From assembly GCA_031409275.1 (NCBI GenBank), contig JANNXA010000055.1:416001-480000 (forward strand): 64,000 bases of DNA. The letters are read 5' to 3'. Under the pieces are notes generated by a model, which did no database searches, was not told the origin of the DNA, and worked only from the letters and a program-made list of their open reading frames with translations. Position 1 is the first letter of the stretch, and the number at the start of each line of letters is the position of its first letter. The position numbers and the translations under genes were made by a program. Below, in pieces: positions 40,423 to 51,794 of the stretch. This DNA is from Planctomycetota bacterium (lineage in GTDB: Bacteria; Planctomycetota; B15-G4; SIAN01).

Positions 40423-40827
40423 TCACTCGATCACGCGCTTGACGCTGTGCCACGCTCGCGCGCCGAAGCAGCAGGTGTCGTCGTTCGCGCGCTCGCCCTG
40501 TCGGTCGAAGAAGCCCCAGAAACGGTCCGCTCGCTCGTCGAATTGGAAGCCGACCCACGGCCCGAATCCGGCGAGGTGATCGCCGGTGTCTTCGATCTCG
40601 CGTTCCCGACGATCGACCACGCGGCCGAGCCCGTCGACGACGCGGCCCCCACGATCGTCGAACTCTTCCGCGGTCGTTTCCGGCAAGCGCGCCAGGCGAT
40701 GCCAGAAACGGGTCGCCGCATCGCCGAGTTCCGGCTTGTCGAGCCCGGTGCCGCAGTAGCGCTCTTCGCCGCAGGCGCAGCCGGCGATCAAGATCGGCAG
40801 CGCGAGCGCCGCCAACCGGGCCGTCAT
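40423..40827 (-). CDS. Small hypothetical lipoprotein
   Basis: MTARLAALALPILIAGC lipobox; amphipathic helical body. Confidence 0.65.
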   Translation of the reverse strand: MTARLAALALPILIAGCACGEERYCGTGLDKPELGDAATRFWHRLARLPETTAEEFDDRGGRVVDGLGRVVDRREREIEDTGDHLAGFGPWVGFQFDERADRFWGFFDRQGERANDDTCCFGARAWHSVKRVIE

Positions 40828-40963
40828 CGGGCCTCGATTCGCGGCGCGAAGCGTCGTTGCGTCGACTGAGCTCTCTGCCATCGCAAGGACTCCTGCCCGT
40901 TCTCATCCGGGATTGGCGACCGACCGCGCGACCATGTCGCGGGCCGCAGCGCCGATCTTGCCG

Positions 40964-41710
40964 TCACACCATCGACTGCGGAACGACTCCTTCCGCAGCT
41001 CCTGGCGATTGGACGGCGTGGAGCCGTCCACCTTCCAGCCGCAACACCCGATCGAGGCGGTGCGCAAGGCGCAAGTTGTGCGTCACCAAGACCATCGCCG
41101 CCCCGCGTTCTCGCTGGATCGCCAGCAGCAGCTCTTCGATCTCGGCGCTGGTCCGCTCGTCGAGGTTGCCGGTGGGCTCATCGCACAGCAGCAGCGCGGG
41201 CTTGCGCAACAAGGCCCGCGCGATGGCGACCCGCTGCCGCTCGCCGCCGGAGAGGCGACTCGGCAGATGGCGGGCGCGGGAGGTCAAGCCGACCCGCTCC
41301 AGCAGCTCCGCGGCCGCGGCACGCGTCGCCTTCCGGGTCCGCATCCACTGCAGCGGAGAGACCCCGATCATCGCGCCGAGCAGCACGTTCTGCTCGGCGG
41401 TGAGCTCCGGAAGCAGGTGATAGAACTGGAAGACGAATCCCAGCCGATCGCGGCGCAGTTCGTCGCGGGTGCGACGCGACGCGACGCCGACATCGATGCC
41501 GTCGAGCTCGATCGAGCCACCGTTCTGACGATCGAGCAGCCCGATCAGGTGCAGCAAGGTCGACTTGCCGCCGCCACTGCGCCCCACGATCGCCACCGCC
41601 TCGCCGGGCGCGACTTCGAGGTCGACCCCGCGCAGGATCTCGAGGCGCTGCCCGCCCGAAACGAAGTGGCGTTCGAGCGCCGACACGCGGATGGCCGGAA
41701 CGTCACTCAT
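40964..41710 (-). CDS. lolD: LolD-like ABC ATPase
   Basis: GRSGGGKST, GFVFQFYHLLPEL, LSGGERQR, DEPTGNLD, VTH. Confidence 0.9.
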   Translation of the reverse strand: MSDVPAIRVSALERHFVSGGQRLEILRGVDLEVAPGEAVAIVGRSGGGKSTLLHLIGLLDRQNGGSIELDGIDVGVASRRTRDELRRDRLGFVFQFYHLLPELTAEQNVLLGAMIGVSPLQWMRTRKATRAAAAELLERVGLTSRARHLPSRLSGGERQRVAIARALLRKPALLLCDEPTGNLDERTSAEIEELLLAIQRERGAAMVLVTHNLRLAHRLDRVLRLEGGRLHAVQSPGAAEGVVPQSMV

Positions 41711-43088
41711 GGCGCAGCGCCTCCAACGGAGTGAGCCGCGCGGCACGCGAGGCCGGAAGGAGCGTGAAGAGCGTACCGCACACGACCGACGCAACTGCGT
41801 AGCCGAGCAGGCGTCCGAACTCGATCTGGACCGGCAGGCTCTTGAAACTGAACAGCTGGCGATCGAACAGCCGGAAGCCGGTGCAGCGCTCGATGAGATC
41901 GAGCAGGGGATTGAGCCAGTGCGCGAGCGCGATGCCGCCGAACAATCCGAGCAGCGAGCCGGCGAACGTCACCATCAGTCCGCACAGCAGGAACAGGCGG
42001 CCCACATGCATCGCCGACGCGCCCAGTGAAAGGAGCACGCCGATGTCGCGCGTCTTGCGCCGGACCATCTGATGGAGCGTCACGAACAGGCTGAACGTCG
42101 CGACGATGACCACGAAGAACATCGCGATGTTCATCACGCGCCGCTCGCCGAGCACCGCGCCGAGAAGCAGGTGGCGGCGATCCTCCCACGTTTCGATCGT
42201 GGCGGGCACCACGCCGAGCGGCGCGAGGTCGACCCGCAACGCGTCTCTCACCGTCGCGGGGTCGCCGACGACCTCGAGCGCAAGCTCGTGGATCGCGACG
42301 GGCAACGCCGCGAAGTCGACGAGGCGATCGCGCGGCACGAGCGCGTGGGTGTCGTCGAATGCGCGATCGCGGCTCGAGAAGGTGCCCACCACGACGAACG
42401 GGCGGGTGCGCGGAATCAACCGTTCGCCCGCGCGCGGCGTGCCGGCAAGCGTCGCGATCTGGACGACGGTTCCCGGCCAGTACTGGAACTGCACGGCGAG
42501 GTAGCGGCCGAAGATGATCGGAGTCAGGTCTTCGGCGTCGAAGTTCCGGTAGTCGGCGGGCAGTCGCTCGCGCCAGTACGGGTCGGACGGGTCGAGCCAG
42601 AAGGGCTCTTCGGGACGCTCGACCGTGCTCGTCGCCAGGAAGCGCCGGATCTCCGGACCTGCCTCGGACCCAGTCGGCAATACGGTCGGAGCGAGCGACC
42701 CGCGCATGCCTTCGGCGAGCTCGGCCGACTCGATGCCGAGCAGGTTGACGAAGTAGCTCGACCCGATCCGATCGGCGCCGAGGAAGGCGGGCGCTCCTTC
42801 GGCGCGGTGCATCGCGGCGGCCTCGGCTCGCGGCTGCGCGGAACGGATGCGTGGGTCGTTACGCAGTCGCCCCAGGAGCTCGTCGGTGGTCTCGGCGGCG
42901 AGCGCATCGACCGTGATGGTGACGTCGGGAGAAAGGCCTCGAATCGTCGAACGCTGCTCGTTCAGGAAGCCGCTCATCACCGAGTCGACCACTACGATCG
43001 CGATCAATCCGACCGTCACGCTCAGCATCGAGACCAGCGTGATCGGCCGCGCGACGAGATAGCGCCACGAAAGGAGCAGCAGGTCCAT
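41703..43088 (-). CDS. LolC/E-like (FtsX/MacB-type) permease
   Basis: RYL...SVMSGF, large periplasmic loop, MVRRKTRDIGVLLSLGA, PASRAARLTPLEALRHE. Confidence 0.9.
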   Translation of the reverse strand: MDLLLLSWRYLVARPITLVSMLSVTVGLIAIVVVDSVMSGFLNEQRSTIRGLSPDVTITVDALAAETTDELLGRLRNDPRIRSAQPRAEAAAMHRAEGAPAFLGADRIGSSYFVNLLGIESAELAEGMRGSLAPTVLPTGSEAGPEIRRFLATSTVERPEEPFWLDPSDPYWRERLPADYRNFDAEDLTPIIFGRYLAVQFQYWPGTVVQIATLAGTPRAGERLIPRTRPFVVVGTFSSRDRAFDDTHALVPRDRLVDFAALPVAIHELALEVVGDPATVRDALRVDLAPLGVVPATIETWEDRRHLLLGAVLGERRVMNIAMFFVVIVATFSLFVTLHQMVRRKTRDIGVLLSLGASAMHVGRLFLLCGLMVTFAGSLLGLFGGIALAHWLNPLLDLIERCTGFRLFDRQLFSFKSLPVQIEFGRLLGYAVASVVCGTLFTLLPASRAARLTPLEALRHE

Positions 43089-43094
43089 CGCGGC

Positions 43095-44591
43095 TCAGCC
43101 GGCCGTCGGCGGCGGAGTGCCGGCGGCGGGTGACGCGTCGCTCACCACCGAATCGGCTGCCAGCGGTCGGCGCAGCGGGAAGAGGATCGTGTCGCGAATC
43201 GACAAGAATCCCCCGAGCACCATGCAGAGTCGGTCGATACCGACACCGAGTCCGCCGGCGGGCGGCATGCCGTGCTCGAGCGCGTGCAGATAGTCCTCGT
43301 CGACGGCGGCGGGAGCCTCGGGATCCTTCGTCGCGACTTGCGCCTCGAAGCGCGCGCGCTGGTCGATCGGGTCGTTCAGCTCGGAGAAGGCGTTGGCGAG
43401 TTCCCAACCATTCATGAAGAGCTCGAAGCGCTCGACGAGCTCGGGGCGATCGGGACACTGCTTGCTGAGCGGCGAGATCGCCGTCGGATAGAGCGTGACG
43501 AAGGTCGGCTGGATGAGGTTCGGCTCGACGCAATGCTCGAACAGCGCCTCGAGGTGCTTCCAGCCCGGCGCGGTCGCCGGCACGGGCAACTTGAGTGCGG
43601 CGGACTTCTTGCGCAAGGCCGCTTCGTCGTGCGGGTCGATTCCGGCGTGCTCCGCGACGAGCTCGTGATAGCTGCGGCGCGCGAACGGACCATTCAAGTC
43701 GATGACGCGCTCGCCGAGCGTGGTCTTGCCGTCCTTGCAGTGACGCTTCGCGAGTGTCGTGAAGAGTTCCTCGGTCAGATCCATCACCGCCACGTAGTCC
43801 ACGTAGGCCCAGTAGAGCTCCATCATCGTGAATTCGGGGTTGTGACGCGGCGAGATGCCTTCGTTGCGGAAGACCCGGCCGATCTCGAAGACCTTCTCGA
43901 GTCCGCCGACGAGCAGGCGCTTCAGGTAGAGCTCGGGCGCGATGCGCAGGTAGAGGTCCATGTCGAGCGCGTTGTGGTGCGTCGTGAATGGTCGCGCAGC
44001 AGCACCGCCAGCGATCGGATGGAGGATCGGCGTCTCGACTTCGAGGAAGCCCTTGGCCGCGAGCAACTGGCGCAGTTCCTGGATCACGTGGCTTCGCATG
44101 ATGAAGCCGGCGCGCGACTCGGGATGACTCATCAGGTCGAGGTAGCGGTAGCGATAGCGCAGTTCGATGTCGGTGATGCCGTGGCGCTTCTCGGGCGGCT
44201 CGCGCAACGACTTGGCGAGGAACTCGACGCTGGTCGCGAAGACGGTCGTCTCGCCGGTTTTGCTGCGGCCGAGCGTGCCGCCGAAACCGACCACATCGCC
44301 GAGTTGAAGGATCTTCTTCGCAATCGCATGGCCGATCTCGCCGACATCCTTGCGCACCATGACCTGGACGCGGCCGCTCGGATCGACGAGATCGAAGAAG
44401 GCGAGCTGCCCCATATCGCGCCGCGCGGCGATTCGACCGGCGACGCGGACCGCCAGATTCGGCTGCTCGTCCGCGCGGGGCAGGAGCGGCGCGATCTCCA
44501 TCCGGCCAGCGAACTGCCGCGGCCAGATCTCCACGCCGAGTTGGCGGAGTTGCTCGAGCTTCTCGAGCCGTTCCTGAGATACGTCGCTCAC
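43095..44591 (-). CDS. lysS: Lysine--tRNA ligase (class II)
   Basis: RYRYRYLDL, GGAAARPF.THHNAL, YLRIAPELYLKRL, FRNEG, HNPEFT, GMPPAGGLGVGIDR. Confidence 0.97.
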   Translation of the reverse strand: MSDVSQERLEKLEQLRQLGVEIWPRQFAGRMEIAPLLPRADEQPNLAVRVAGRIAARRDMGQLAFFDLVDPSGRVQVMVRKDVGEIGHAIAKKILQLGDVVGFGGTLGRSKTGETTVFATSVEFLAKSLREPPEKRHGITDIELRYRYRYLDLMSHPESRAGFIMRSHVIQELRQLLAAKGFLEVETPILHPIAGGAAARPFTTHHNALDMDLYLRIAPELYLKRLLVGGLEKVFEIGRVFRNEGISPRHNPEFTMMELYWAYVDYVAVMDLTEELFTTLAKRHCKDGKTTLGERVIDLNGPFARRSYHELVAEHAGIDPHDEAALRKKSAALKLPVPATAPGWKHLEALFEHCVEPNLIQPTFVTLYPTAISPLSKQCPDRPELVERFELFMNGWELANAFSELNDPIDQRARFEAQVATKDPEAPAAVDEDYLHALEHGMPPAGGLGVGIDRLCMVLGGFLSIRDTILFPLRRPLAADSVVSDASPAAGTPPPTAG

Positions 44592-44969
44592 CCGTCCGTC
44601 TCCGTTGGGGCCCTCGGAATCCAAAGAGCGGTCCGGGCCATGAGGGGCGGGGAGTCTATCGCTCCGCGACCGCGTTCCCGGCGTGCCGCCGGGGAGGCGG
44701 CGCTCCGGAGAGCGACCGCAGGGGGGGCGCCGACGCCGACTTCAGGAAGTCGTTTCTTGTCCGTCCCGGGGCGGTCGCGGCTCTACGAACCTTGCACGAA
44801 CGTGAATCATGGGTTAGTACTCCTACCCAAGGAAAGAAGAGGGAGGAAAAACCTAGGTAAGAGACTGTGACGGTGGAGCCCCCGCTCCGTTGTAGCTGTC
44901 ACCCCGTCTTGCCACGCTGCGACTGACGTCGCGGTGGTCCGCGCAGCACGCCCTGCCAGGGAGCCCAAC

Positions 44970-45389
44970 ATGCGTTTCGCCTCTTCGCTCGTTCGCGGTA
45001 TCGCCATCGCCGCGCTCGCCGCGGGCGTGTCGTGCACACGCCAGGGCCATGCCCTGAACCTCGCTGGGATCGACGGCCCGCCGATTGGCGGCGGTGATGA
45101 CGGCGGCTCCGGTCCCCTTCCGGGCGGTGGTGGCGGAGGTGGCGGAGGGATCATTGAAGACACCGACGGTGGCGGAGTGACGCCAGACGATGACGGTGGC
45201 CCCGCGATCGACCCCGGCCTAGGTGGCGGCAGCGGCGGCGGCCCGACCCCTCCTGGTGGTGGCGGTGGTGGTGGCGGCCTCGGCCCGAACGACGGCAACG
45301 ACGCCCCCGTCCCGGAGCCGGCCACGATGCTGCTGCTCGGTGGCGGTCTTGCCGCGGCGTTCGCCGCCCGCCGCAAGCGCGCTCGCTGA
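44970..45389 (+). CDS. Small Gly/Asp/Pro-rich PEP-CTERM protein with a lipoprotein-like signal
   Basis: C-terminal VPEPATMLLLGGGLAAAFAARRKRAR; N-terminal MRFASSLVRGIAIAALAAGVSC. Confidence 0.9.
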   Translation: MRFASSLVRGIAIAALAAGVSCTRQGHALNLAGIDGPPIGGGDDGGSGPLPGGGGGGGGGIIEDTDGGGVTPDDDGGPAIDPGLGGGSGGGPTPPGGGGGGGGLGPNDGNDAPVPEPATMLLLGGGLAAAFAARRKRAR

Positions 45390-45395
45390 CCTTTC

Positions 45396-45475
45396 GCGTC
45401 GCCTCCGGCGACGCCGTTCAACGAAACGCAACGATCTTCACGCTGCCGCGCGAGAGTGATGCTCGCGCGGCAGCG
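45396..45475. terminator. Two hairpins downstream of the PEP-CTERM gene (probable terminator/stabiliser)
   Basis: GCGTCGCC-TCC-GGCGACGC (45396-45414) and a perfect 14-bp stem CGCTGCCGCGCGAG/CTCGCGCGGCAGCG (45441-45475). No clear U-tract. Confidence 0.55.
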
Positions 45476-45505
45476 GCATTGTCGGAATGCACGGCGCCGC
45501 GTTGC

Positions 45506-45533
45506 TTGCAACGACCCGCTTCGCTCCTAAGAT
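45506..45533 (+). promoter_or_regulatory. Sigma-70-type promoter of tig-clpP-clpX
   Basis: TTGCAA-N16-TAAGAT, 46 nt before the tig ATG. Confidence 0.6.
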
Positions 45534-45579
45534 CGCGCCCTCTTTTCGTAACCCCGTGCAACGGAGCGACTTGGAGCAC

Positions 45580-46896
45580 ATGGCTTTCGAGGTCGAAAAC
45601 CAGAGCGAGACGCAGGCCACCGTCCGGATCCGCGTCTCCAAAGAGATGTTCGACCTTGCGCTGGAGCGCGAGATCGGTGACCTCCGTCAGCGGGCACGGG
45701 TGCCGGGCTTTCGTCCGGGAAAGGTGCCGAAGAGCGTCCTGACCCGGCGAATCGGCGAATCCGTGAGCAAGGAGCTGCGACGCAAGCTCTTTGTCGAGGC
45801 CTTCCAGACCGGGATCCGCGAGAAGCAGATTCACCCGGTCGAGCCTCCGATCGTGAAGGATGAGCAGCTCGTCCCGACGACGGACGGCTCGATGGCGATC
45901 GAGTTGCAGCTCGAGGTGATCCCCCACGTCGAGCCGACCGGCTTCGACCGCTTTGTCGTCACGCCTCCTCCGATCGAGATGAAGGACGAGGACGTCGACC
46001 ACGAGCTCGAGGGGCTGCGGCGCCAAGCCGCCAACGCGGCGGAGATTGCGGACGGCCAGACGGTCGCTGGCGACGTCGTGATCGCCGATCTCAGCCTGTC
46101 CTTCCTCGACGGCACGTCGTTCCCGAACAAGCTCGAGAATCGAATCGTCGACACGGGCGCCGGCATCGTCGATGGGGTTGCCTGCGAGGACGCCAAGAGC
46201 AAGTTCGCCGGCGCCAAGCGCGGCGACACCGTGCGCGTATCGATGAAGCTGCCGGAGCAGTTTCCGGTCGAGATCCATCGCGGCAAGACGGCCATCACCG
46301 ATTGCGTCGTGAAGGATCTGCGCCGCGTCGCTCTGCCCGAGCTGAGTTCGCCTGAGTTCCTCGCACGCTTCAAGGTGCCGGACCTCGACACGTTGAAGCA
46401 GCAGGTGCGTGAGCGGCTTCAGCAGATCCTCAAGGCGCAGCAGGATCGCGCCGTCGAAGAGCTGTGCGTCGACCAGCTGCTCGACCGCCACCGCATCGTC
46501 CTTCCGGACGCGTTCCTGCAGCGCAACCTCGAAGCGGAGCGTGAGCGCGTCCGCCGCGAGATGGTGAATCGCGGTGCGCCCCCCGCGGACGTCGAGAAGC
46601 AGCTGCTCGAGAATGAAGGACGCCTCAAGCAGGACGTCGAGCGACGGATCCGCGAGGCGTTCCTGCTCGACCGAATCGCCGAGAAGCTGGAAACCGAGGT
46701 TGGCGCGCCCGAACTCGAGAACCAGTTCATGCTGATGGCCCGTTCGTGGCAGGTCGAGCCGCAGAAGCTCTTCGACCACTTCCAGTCGCAGGGGCTGCTC
46801 CCCCGGGTGGTGGAAGACATCCGCCGCGCCAAGGTGCGTCGACAGTTAAGGGAAGCGGCAGCCGCAACCGAGAGTGACGCTCAGAAGTCGGCCTGA
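45580..46896 (+). CDS. tig: Trigger factor
   Basis: Ribosome-binding signature VPGFRPGKVP; upstream of clpP. Confidence 0.93.
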   Translation: MAFEVENQSETQATVRIRVSKEMFDLALEREIGDLRQRARVPGFRPGKVPKSVLTRRIGESVSKELRRKLFVEAFQTGIREKQIHPVEPPIVKDEQLVPTTDGSMAIELQLEVIPHVEPTGFDRFVVTPPPIEMKDEDVDHELEGLRRQAANAAEIADGQTVAGDVVIADLSLSFLDGTSFPNKLENRIVDTGAGIVDGVACEDAKSKFAGAKRGDTVRVSMKLPEQFPVEIHRGKTAITDCVVKDLRRVALPELSSPEFLARFKVPDLDTLKQQVRERLQQILKAQQDRAVEELCVDQLLDRHRIVLPDAFLQRNLEAERERVRREMVNRGAPPADVEKQLLENEGRLKQDVERRIREAFLLDRIAEKLETEVGAPELENQFMLMARSWQVEPQKLFDHFQSQGLLPRVVEDIRRAKVRRQLREAAAATESDAQKSA

Positions 46897-46914
46897 ACCC
46901 AACGGAGAACGACC

Positions 46915-47550
46915 GTGAGCTCGCCTCAGCTCGAGATCATCCCGAACCCGCCGTACGTCATCGAGAAGACCGGACGTGGCGAACGCGCGTACGACATCTA
47001 CTCGCGCCTGCTCGAGGACCGGATCATCTTCCTCGGCTCCTCGATCAACGACTACGTCGCCAACGCGGTGGTGGCCCAGCTCCTGTTCCTCCAGAAGGAG
47101 AACAAGAAGCAGGACATCCACATGTACATCAATAGCCCGGGCGGCTCGGTCACCGCCGGCCTCGCGATCTATGACACCATGCAGTTCGTCGAGTGCCCGA
47201 TCTCGACCTGGTGCATCGGTCAAGCAGCGAGCATGGGCGCAGTGCTGCTCGCCGCCGGAACCAAGGGCAAGCGCTACAGCCTCCCCCACTCGCGCATCAT
47301 GATCCATCAGCCGTGGGGCGGCGCGCGCGGAACGGCCGAGGACATCCACATCCAGGCGCGTGAGATCAAGACGCTGAAGAAGACGCTCACCGCAGTGCTG
47401 GCGCGCCACACGGGCCAGACGGCCGAGCGCATCGATGCCGATGGCGACCGCGACCACTTCATGTCAGGCGCGGAGGCGAAGGCCTACGGCCTCGTCGACG
47501 AAGTGATCGAGCCCACCGAACCGGCCGTGGTCGAGACCAAGAAGAAGTAA
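46915..47550 (+). CDS. clpP: ATP-dependent Clp protease proteolytic subunit
   Basis: [26 protein letters not shown]. Confidence 0.98.
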   Translation: MSSPQLEIIPNPPYVIEKTGRGERAYDIYSRLLEDRIIFLGSSINDYVANAVVAQLLFLQKENKKQDIHMYINSPGGSVTAGLAIYDTMQFVECPISTWCIGQAASMGAVLLAAGTKGKRYSLPHSRIMIHQPWGGARGTAEDIHIQAREIKTLKKTLTAVLARHTGQTAERIDADGDRDHFMSGAEAKAYGLVDEVIEPTEPAVVETKKK

Positions 47551-47620
47551 CAGCGGCAGCCGGAACGCGGGACCGAAGCGTGACGCTTCTCCCGCTCCGG
47601 TGCACGCCAGGAGAGGCCGG

Positions 47621-48955
<1,335 letters not shown>

Positions 48956-48982
48956 GTCGCGCCGCCGCCAGGACGGTTTCCG

Positions 48983-50047
48983 ATGGCCTCGCAGCAAGCG
49001 CTCACCGATCTCGCTCTCGACGCATTCGAGCCGCTCGCGGCCGAACTCGGCGAGCCGCGCTTCGCCGGCAAGAACCTGCGTCGCTGGGTGTTCGAGCGCC
49101 ACGCCACGACCTTCGATGCGATGAGCGATCTCTCGAAGCGCTTCCGCAGCGAACTCGCGCAACGCTTCAGCGTGCGCCGCACCGTCATCGCGACCGATCG
49201 TTGCGACCCCGGCGGCACGCGCGCGTTCGTGCTGCGCCTGAACGACCGCAAGACGATCGAAACCGTGCTGATCCCGGAGGAGGAGCGACGGACGGTCTGC
49301 GTCTCGACCCAGGTCGGCTGCCCGGTGGCGTGCGTCTTCTGCGCGTCTGGGCTCGACGGGCTGATCCGCAACCTGACCCCGGGCGAGATCATCGAGCAGG
49401 TGCTCGTCGTCCAGGAGGCGCTCCCGGTCGGTGAACATGTCTCCAACGTCGTCGTGATGGGGATCGGCGAGCCGACCATGAACCTGCCGGCGCTCGAACA
49501 AGCGCTGACGACCTGGAACGACCCGGCTGGACTAGGACTCGGCGCGCGCCGCATCACGATCTCGACGGTCGGCTACCCGGCGCGCATCGATCGCCTTGCG
49601 GCGTTGCGCAAGGAGTACGGGCTCGCCATCTCGCTCCATGCACCGCGTCAGGAGCTTCGCGCCAAGCTGCTCCCGAACGCGGGACAAGTGCCGCTGCCCG
49701 AGCTGCTCGCGGCGACGCGCCGCTATTTCGACGCGACCGGGCGGCGCGTGACGTTCGAGTACGTGCTGCTCGCGGGCATCAACGCCAGCGAGCGCGAAGC
49801 CCACGAGCTCGCCGCCCTGCTGCGCGGCTTCCCGTGCCACGTGAACCTGATCCCGGTCAATCCCGTCGACGGACTGCCCTATCGCCGACCGGCACCGGAC
49901 GAGACGGACCGCTTCAAGGCGATCCTGCTGCGTGCCGGCCTCGACGCCACGGTCCGCCACCCGCGAGGCGACGGGATCGCCGCCGCCTGCGGTCAGCTCC
50001 GGCTCAAGGTCGAAGCCGAGGAACGCGCTACCACGCGCCCAGCGTGA
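48983..50047 (+). CDS. rlmN: 23S rRNA/tRNA m2A radical-SAM methyltransferase
   Basis: CVSTQVGCPVACVFC, MGIGEP, ISLHA, AACGQL. Confidence 0.96.
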   Translation: MASQQALTDLALDAFEPLAAELGEPRFAGKNLRRWVFERHATTFDAMSDLSKRFRSELAQRFSVRRTVIATDRCDPGGTRAFVLRLNDRKTIETVLIPEEERRTVCVSTQVGCPVACVFCASGLDGLIRNLTPGEIIEQVLVVQEALPVGEHVSNVVVMGIGEPTMNLPALEQALTTWNDPAGLGLGARRITISTVGYPARIDRLAALRKEYGLAISLHAPRQELRAKLLPNAGQVPLPELLAATRRYFDATGRRVTFEYVLLAGINASEREAHELAALLRGFPCHVNLIPVNPVDGLPYRRPAPDETDRFKAILLRAGLDATVRHPRGDGIAAACGQLRLKVEAEERATTRPA

Positions 50048-51227
50048 GCGTCATCTCGCGACGCTCGAGTCGACGCACCACGTCGAGTCGGATCGTCTCG
50101 CCAGGAACACTGCTCGCCAGGTGACCCAGCATCGTGTCGACCGATCCGATCGGCGCACCGTTCCAGGCCAGCACGACATCGTGCGGCTCGAGTCCGGCCA
50201 GCAGCGCGGGGCTGCCCTCGAATACGTGCTGCACGACGATCGCGCCGCTCGCGCCAAGTTGCCCCAGGAACTCGCTTTCGCCCAGATCCATCGCCCCGAA
50301 GCCGAGCCACGCGCGCGGCGCGATGGCCGGTGCAAGCGGCTCGAGGCGAACCTCGGTTCCTTCCGCATTCTTGCGCGCCACCGCGTCGATGCCGCGTCGC
50401 AGCGCCGCCGCCGGCAACGCAAGGAGGGGCTGCGTGGCTCCCGTGGTGAACTCGCCCGTCGGCGGCTGCAGGAGCAGACCGACGACGCTGCCATCCTGTT
50501 GCGCGATCACGCCGCCGCCGCCCGTCGGCGATCGCGCGAGGGTCACCCGCAAGAGCTGGTCGAAGCGGCGGCGGCCAAGCACCTGATCCTGCAAAGGCTC
50601 GTGCAGCCAGCCCAGCGAGAATGCTCCCGGTTCGCCATCGGCGGCGGCGCCAAAGAGCGTCACGACGTAACGCGCTTCGCCATCGCCTGGCGCCGCGTCG
50701 GCCGCGGGCTCGCGCAAGAACGCGGGCTCGCCGGCCACGGTCAGCGACGGCAAGTCGACCGGGCCGATCGACAAGAGTCCGACATCGGTCGCTTCGTCGA
50801 TCCCAACGACGCGCGCGCGGCGCGGCCGCAACGACGGTGCATTGCGGAAGTAGACGGCGATTCGGCCGGCGTGCTCGATCGACGAGCCGATGGTGACGAT
50901 GTCCCCCGCTTGATTCAGCACGAGACCGCTGGCTTCGAGCGCGTAGACCATGCCGTCGCCCACGCGCCGCTCGATCGACAGCGAGACGACGTTGCCGCCG
51001 AGCTTCTCGGCGCTTCCTGCCAAGCGGCGTCGCACCTCGAGCTTGCGCCCGCCTTCCAGCACGGCGGGCCGCTCGATCCGAAGTTCGATCCCGGACCGCA
51101 CTTGCGTCGGCGGCACCGGCGCGACCGCGGGAGGCGGTGCCGAGTCCGATTGCGGCGCAGCCGGCGCGACGGCTTCGATCGCTGCCAGCAGCCACATCGA
51201 CAGAAGAGAGATCCGGCGCCCGACCAT
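50028..51227 (-). CDS. Exported HtrA-like trypsin-fold + PDZ protein lacking the catalytic His and Ser
   Basis: SGLVLNQAGDIVT, VGIDEATDVGLL, AWLG...GSPALLAGLEPHDVV PDZ; TNxH and GNSGG absent. Confidence 0.82.
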   Translation of the reverse strand: MVGRRISLLSMWLLAAIEAVAPAAPQSDSAPPPAVAPVPPTQVRSGIELRIERPAVLEGGRKLEVRRRLAGSAEKLGGNVVSLSIERRVGDGMVYALEASGLVLNQAGDIVTIGSSIEHAGRIAVYFRNAPSLRPRRARVVGIDEATDVGLLSIGPVDLPSLTVAGEPAFLREPAADAAPGDGEARYVVTLFGAAADGEPGAFSLGWLHEPLQDQVLGRRRFDQLLRVTLARSPTGGGGVIAQQDGSVVGLLLQPPTGEFTTGATQPLLALPAAALRRGIDAVARKNAEGTEVRLEPLAPAIAPRAWLGFGAMDLGESEFLGQLGASGAIVVQHVFEGSPALLAGLEPHDVVLAWNGAPIGSVDTMLGHLASSVPGETIRLDVVRRLERREMTLTLGAW

Positions 51228-51249
51228 GGTCACGATCCCCCGCGCGAAG

Positions 51250-51771
51250 TCAGAAGTTCCGCGAACGCGGGTTGCGGCGCGTCGACGGCGTGATCGCACC
51301 GCCTCGTCCGGCCCCGTTCGGCAGCTCATCGAGCTGGCGTCCGAGTTCGTCGCCGATGGTCCGGATCAGCGACGAATCGATGTTGGGCTGGCTCTCGACG
51401 ATGCGAGGCGAAGAACGCTCGGGACGCGGGGCCGGATCGCGCCAGGCGCCGAGCCCCAGCGTGACCGCGAGCAGCACCGCGGCCGCCCAGCCGCTCACCA
51501 AGGTGAGTCGCGGCATCCAGCGCACCGCGGGAGGTGGCGGCCCGTCGATCGCCCCCATCACGCCGGCCACGATCGACTCGCCCATCGATTCGCTGCGCAA
51601 CTCTCGGCGCGACGAGGCACGCACGGTGCCGAGCACTTCGCGCAGCTCGCTCCATTCGCGAAAGCACGCCAGGCAGCCGCGCAGATGGGCATCGACCCGC
51701 GCGCCTTCGCGAGCATCGAGGTCGCCACCGGCGTGGAGGTCGAGGAGAGGATGGATCTTTCGGCAGTCCAT
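51250..51771 (-). CDS. Zinc-finger (HxxxCxxC, ZAS) transmembrane anti-sigma factor
   Basis: MDC...AHLRGCLAC, single TM. Confidence 0.88.
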   Translation of the reverse strand: MDCRKIHPLLDLHAGGDLDAREGARVDAHLRGCLACFREWSELREVLGTVRASSRRELRSESMGESIVAGVMGAIDGPPPPAVRWMPRLTLVSGWAAAVLLAVTLGLGAWRDPAPRPERSSPRIVESQPNIDSSLIRTIGDELGRQLDELPNGAGRGGAITPSTRRNPRSRNF

Positions 51772-51794
51772 GGTTCGCGGTTCTCTTGCAGCCA

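Noticed and set aside
45390..45579. tRNA upstream of tig (a common position)
   Set aside because: No cloverleaf or TTCRA T-loop; only two simple hairpins and a promoter.
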